A DNA stretch of 64,000 nt from Raillietiella orientalis (lineage: Eukaryota). How positions within the stretch are numbered: position 1 is the stretch's first letter; the number at the start of each line of letters is the position of its first letter. The notes beneath the pieces were generated by a model. The model worked only from the letters and a program-made list of their open reading frames with translations, ran no database searches and was not told the DNA's origin. The position numbers and the translations under genes were made by a program. Below are positions 59,965 through 64,000 of the stretch, in pieces. The stretch spans positions 2,170,001 through 2,234,000 of the forward strand of contig JAYWIR010000022.1 in NCBI GenBank assembly GCA_036172245.1. The letters run 5' to 3'.

Positions 59965-62900
59965 TAGCTTATCCGGGTGGACCGGGGAATTTATGTAATG
60001 TAAAAATAAACATTTACAAAGATTGTGGTTGGACCGGTAGTACAACCACGTCCATCCAACGGAAGCCTACCGGTTCGCAGACCAGTGAGGTCCTCCACGG
60101 TAGCAGAGGGGAGGCGGAAACAAAAAGAAAACAAAAATAAAAACAAGTAAATAAACTTTGGAGAGGAAGGTATCCCGTCCTTCTGGAGAGGTCTTCTGCA
60201 TCTTTGCGTGGATGCCGACAAGCTGTTGCTGTATACAGTGCTTCAGGTGGGGCCATCTCGTTGCCATCCTCATGAATCGGACGGCAAAGTGGACATTGTG
60301 CCCTCCTCTTGCGTCGCTTCAGGTAGCGACGATCTCGCGGCTAGCGAGATCTGCTCCAGGCAGGGCAGCTAGCGAGGCTGCCGGACGAAGGGCATCGCGT
60401 ACGAAGACGGGTCTAACAGCGTCCCTGGAGTTGCCGCCGGGGGTTCCTAGGGTCGCGGCAAGGCGCTCCCAAAGGGGACGGAGCGCAACTCAATCCACAA
60501 GCAGGTGAGGGAGGGATTCCTGCTCTCCGCACCTGGAACAGTTCGGGTCCACAGCCCTCCCTCTGTGTCCAGTGATGACGGCAGGCGTTGCACGGGAGAC
60601 CCCAGTTCAGCAGCAGCAGCGCCGACTTTAGTGGGAGGTTGCAGAGTCGGTGAGCTTGCTCGTCTTCTGCTCACCCGGTCCTTTCTCCCTTCCGGAGATG
60701 GTCACAGTAACCTCCCATTTCGCCGCGATGCTGCTGCCCAGATGTTCCCTCAGGGAGGTTCGTGTGGCCCGATGGAAGTGCTTCTGCTGGTTCCTCGAGA
60801 TAACCTCGGCATCGCCGCGGCACGCCCGCCTCCCGCGCGCGTGCGCAGCTTCTATTCCGCTCGAGCCTGCCTATCGGATGGTCACGTAGGAGTGCGCGCA
60901 CGCCGCCGCGAACGCCTCCCGCGGAAACGTCGCTGCGCAGAAGTCGTCGCGGAACGCGGGCAACGGGGTCTCCGCGTCCGTATCAGTCCCGGAAACAACC
61001 ACGTGACTTTGTTTTGGAAACCGGAGACTCCGAGTCCACTGCGATACCGCTCCAGCGGAAGGGTAGGCTTCGAGATCCGTCAGCGGAGGCGTATCTCCCG
61101 CGTATCCCAGGGTCGAATTTCTTGCCTATTCGAGACTCCAGCAGCTCCCGTGCTCTTCATGCCAGCTCGAACCGAAGCCTTCATGCGTCCAGCGAACAGC
61201 GGGAAGCCAAGATTCACCCAACCAATGAGGCATCGCGTATTCAGTTGTTGGGTCGCGACGTTTCCATGGGAGGTGCACGGCGACCTCAGCCGGTTCCATG
61301 GGCCGACGACCCTGCCCACGAGGAAAAGGCGCAGTCTTCCCGTAGATGGATGTTTTTCTTTTCCTGTCTCCCTCTCTCTTCCTCCTCCGGGTCCCTTGCT
61401 TGCGCCTAGTTTCCTGGTAAGCTTGCCGGTCCGCGCGACGGGAGCAACGGGGTGGGGGGGGAGCTGCGTTCCGTTTCACTCTGTAACGGCATCTGGATGT
61501 GGGAGAGGAGGTCACGACCCATCCGGGACACGAACTTATTTGTTGAGGGCAGCAGGCTGGAAGGGACGGCTCCATCCAAGCGGCGGCACGGGGAAGTCCG
61601 ATGCAAAGATGGCGCTTCATTGTTGCCAGTCGCCAATCGCCTGCCGGAGTGCACGCATGCACATATTTTCCAAACGCTTGAAAACAGACGGCCACCCCGC
61701 ACCCCCTAAAAAAAAGAAGTCTTCTTCTCTGATTCTGTCGTTTGCTCGTGCGGATGCAGGCACAGCCGAGAGAGGTTCTGCGTCATTCCAATGAAATGTG
61801 GGAGCTCGTGGCATACTCTGCCGGCTGAAGTGACTGGGCGGGAGTCGCGGTAGGAATTGATCCGAGCACTGCTGCAAGATGCAAGCCGCAGGTGCCAGAT
61901 GCCTCACCAACCCTTTGATTTATCCGTTGTGAAACGCCTCTGCCAGAGAAAAAAACTCCCCTTAAAATTCTGCATGGTGTGTGTGCCCTCCCGTTGATTC
62001 CATGTCTCCTGTTGATTCCACATCCCCAGTGCGGAAAGAGCTGTTTTTTGAGATGCCGCTTCGCTCTTCATCACTCAGCCGTCGCACCAACACTTCCTGC
62101 GCCGCCCCACATCTCGCATCCGCTCATCTCGGTGCAAAATCGAGTCTTTACGGTTTTAACCCTTCAGGTTTCTCGGGTCCCAATAACTGGGTGTGAGAAC
62201 TTCGAGATGGAACGAAACTTCCCCCATGTGAGGAAAGCACTGCAGCTGAAGGAGCTCTTCCTCGCAAGGGACTGGATTGATGAGCTTGCGGATTTACGGA
62301 TAACATCGGGCAACCTCAGTTTTCCCTCCACAGGATCCCAAACATGTGATGGTCTCCCTAGTCTTGCAGCTGAACGATAACACTGGTTCCGTCAAAATAC
62401 CAACCAAAGCTTCAGAAACAGCGAGCAGACCAAACATGTAATGGTAATTCTTACTGGCAATCAACCGGTAGTCTAGCAGTTAGCAGCTCCAAGTGATAGC
62501 TTCTTTTCTTCTTCTTCTTTTGCTTTCTTTCTGTCTGTCTGTCTCTGTAGTTTCCTTTTTTTCTCCCCCCTTCGACTGCTGATAACCACTTGAGATGCGA
62601 GAATAAGTGGGTAAGAAATTCCTGCGAAGACTCCGGTTGGGGTCGAGCTTTCCAAAGAACAAGTTAATCGAGGAGGGCTTGGAATCAAGCTTGTTAAAGA
62701 TTCAGCAAGTCTTCCCGATCATCCCAGAATCACGTGGGAGGGCTCTGAGGCTGCTCTCAATGAGATCGTGTTCGTGAACCTGGTTTTCCGATCGAATCTC
62801 GGTTCAAGGTGAATCGAAAAATCTGCATGCTGAAGAAGCGCTCTCCTCGCTGCACCGCGGAACACAAAGACGGACAACCGTAGACAGCTGGAGGTTATGC

Positions 62901-63560
62901 AAGACTGCAGAAACACCAAAGCAGCGGGTGAAACGCACAGAAGATTGCCTTCGTCGGCAAAAAGGCTTCTGACGTGTCCTGGTTTGGCGAGGTGAGCCGC
63001 CAAAAGCACAAAGGCAGTGATTTCCTTTTACGGTATCCCTTATTGATCCAGATGGCAGACTGTGTTCCCCGGTACCTCCTTTGGGACTGGCTAGCGTCTA
63101 ACACCACTGGTTCCTCCGATATGAGAATCCCAAATGGCTGACTTCTTCTCCTTTGAACCCCCTGCTCCATCCATCTAGGTGAGTCTTTCCGGTTCCTATC
63201 TCTTTTCCTTTGACAGCTAAGAGCTGTCAGAGGGGCAGGGATGATGGAGCTGCATCCCAGTGATCGTCTCCTTCCATTTGGCGTTCAGCTGAAACTCGAA
63301 AGATGTGAATCCAATCGGGTGCATGCAAGACGGGCTTCAGGGAAGCTCGTCTCGAGTGCACCAAACCATCGACGACGCAGCAACTGAAGATGTCCGCGCA
63401 CTCGCATTTCGACTCGGACCTTTGCGGCGCCACGCCTTTCGGTTATTCCCACGATTTGGGGCAGCATCCAGCTCCCGGTTTCACGGTCCTTCCTATGACT
63501 ATGTTGGTGTGAAAGTTCCTATGTTTGCTAATTGGCGCCGACACTCTCCTCCTTGGAAAG
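59965..63560 (-). mobile_element. Decayed L1/Tx1-like LINE: near-complete ORF2 relic (endonuclease end, RT, zf-RVT) plus 3' UTR
   Basis: Ordered minus-strand motifs across frameshifts: ISKHR...KPGAG (~63465-63533; SDH...GxGxW-like), RWMEQG (~63160-63177), DYRLIASKNYHY (62438-62473; NYRPISLLNxDY-like), GINGRAHTP (~61975-62000), IKGLVRHLAP (~61890-61919; RGVRQG-like), ARAND (~61738-61752; YADD-like), LPLERYRSGLGV (61026-61061; GGLG motif), CSRCGEQESLPHLLVD*VALRPLW (~60471-60549; CCHC-type zf-RVT with the last Cys mutated to TGA), then the structured 3' UTR. Confidence 0.78.
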
Positions 63561-64000
63561 AAGCCGCAAGCCACCAGGCTGGGTGCACACTGGGCGCATC
63601 TCGCTAGAAGATCGCGGGGGTGTCCATCCATTCCGCAGTTCGGCAGGCGCTTCGAGGATCTTTCGACGGGCTAGTAGGGGTCGAAAACGGCGCGGGACGC
63701 GTGGCGCTTCAAGCGGAACCGTGGCGGCGGTGCGGCGCCGTTGAGGCCGGAAGTCTCGACCGCTCGAACCTGCCCTGTGCTCGCAAGATGCACAGAAGAG
63801 AGGGTCCACGTGAATGGCAGGAAGGTGGAGGAGGTCCCGCCCCGGAGGAGAGCAGCCGGCGGAAGACATCAGGACGGGCCTCGGAAGTGGAAGAGCGACA
63901 GCCGCTCTTGGCGAACGGAAGGTCAGCACTGGTCCCCGAGTCTTCCCGCACGAAGCGGACGAGACGGACCTCTCATCCCGTCCACGGGACGCTACGGGGA

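Noticed and set aside
60505..61794. 429-aa plus-strand ORF
   Set aside because: Antisense to the decayed LINE RT, with no recognisable protein features.
1..64000. tRNA, rRNA, snRNA genes or prokaryotic operons
   Set aside because: None recognised by eye. tRNAscan-SE and Infernal would be needed to exclude them fully.

Overview
Eukaryotic (metazoan, probably arthropod; taxon is inference) genomic DNA with two very different compartments. (1) An AT-rich, visibly CpG-poor island at about 24.5-30.4 kb carries the only clearly intact gene: a 3-exon TM2-domain gene (TM2D1/biscotti-like, CDS 27913-28093, 28144-28225, 29433-29712, 180 aa). The island also holds three hairpins or palindromes and a possible POLD3-like relic. 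(2) The GC- and CpG-rich flanks contain no credible host CDS. Read across frameshifts, much of this DNA is nested, decayed L1/Tx1-like non-LTR retrotransposons: ORF1/zinc-knuckle pieces, and ORF2 pieces covering endonuclease, RT and zf-RVT. One family has a conserved 3' terminal module: a U-rich tract, two hairpins with compensatory base changes, then AATAAA and a small hairpin, with no poly(A) tail. It occurs in 5-6 diverged copies, three of them stacked head-to-tail at 56.5-60.1 kb. All homology calls are by-eye motif recognition, not database searches. Relic boundaries are approximate.
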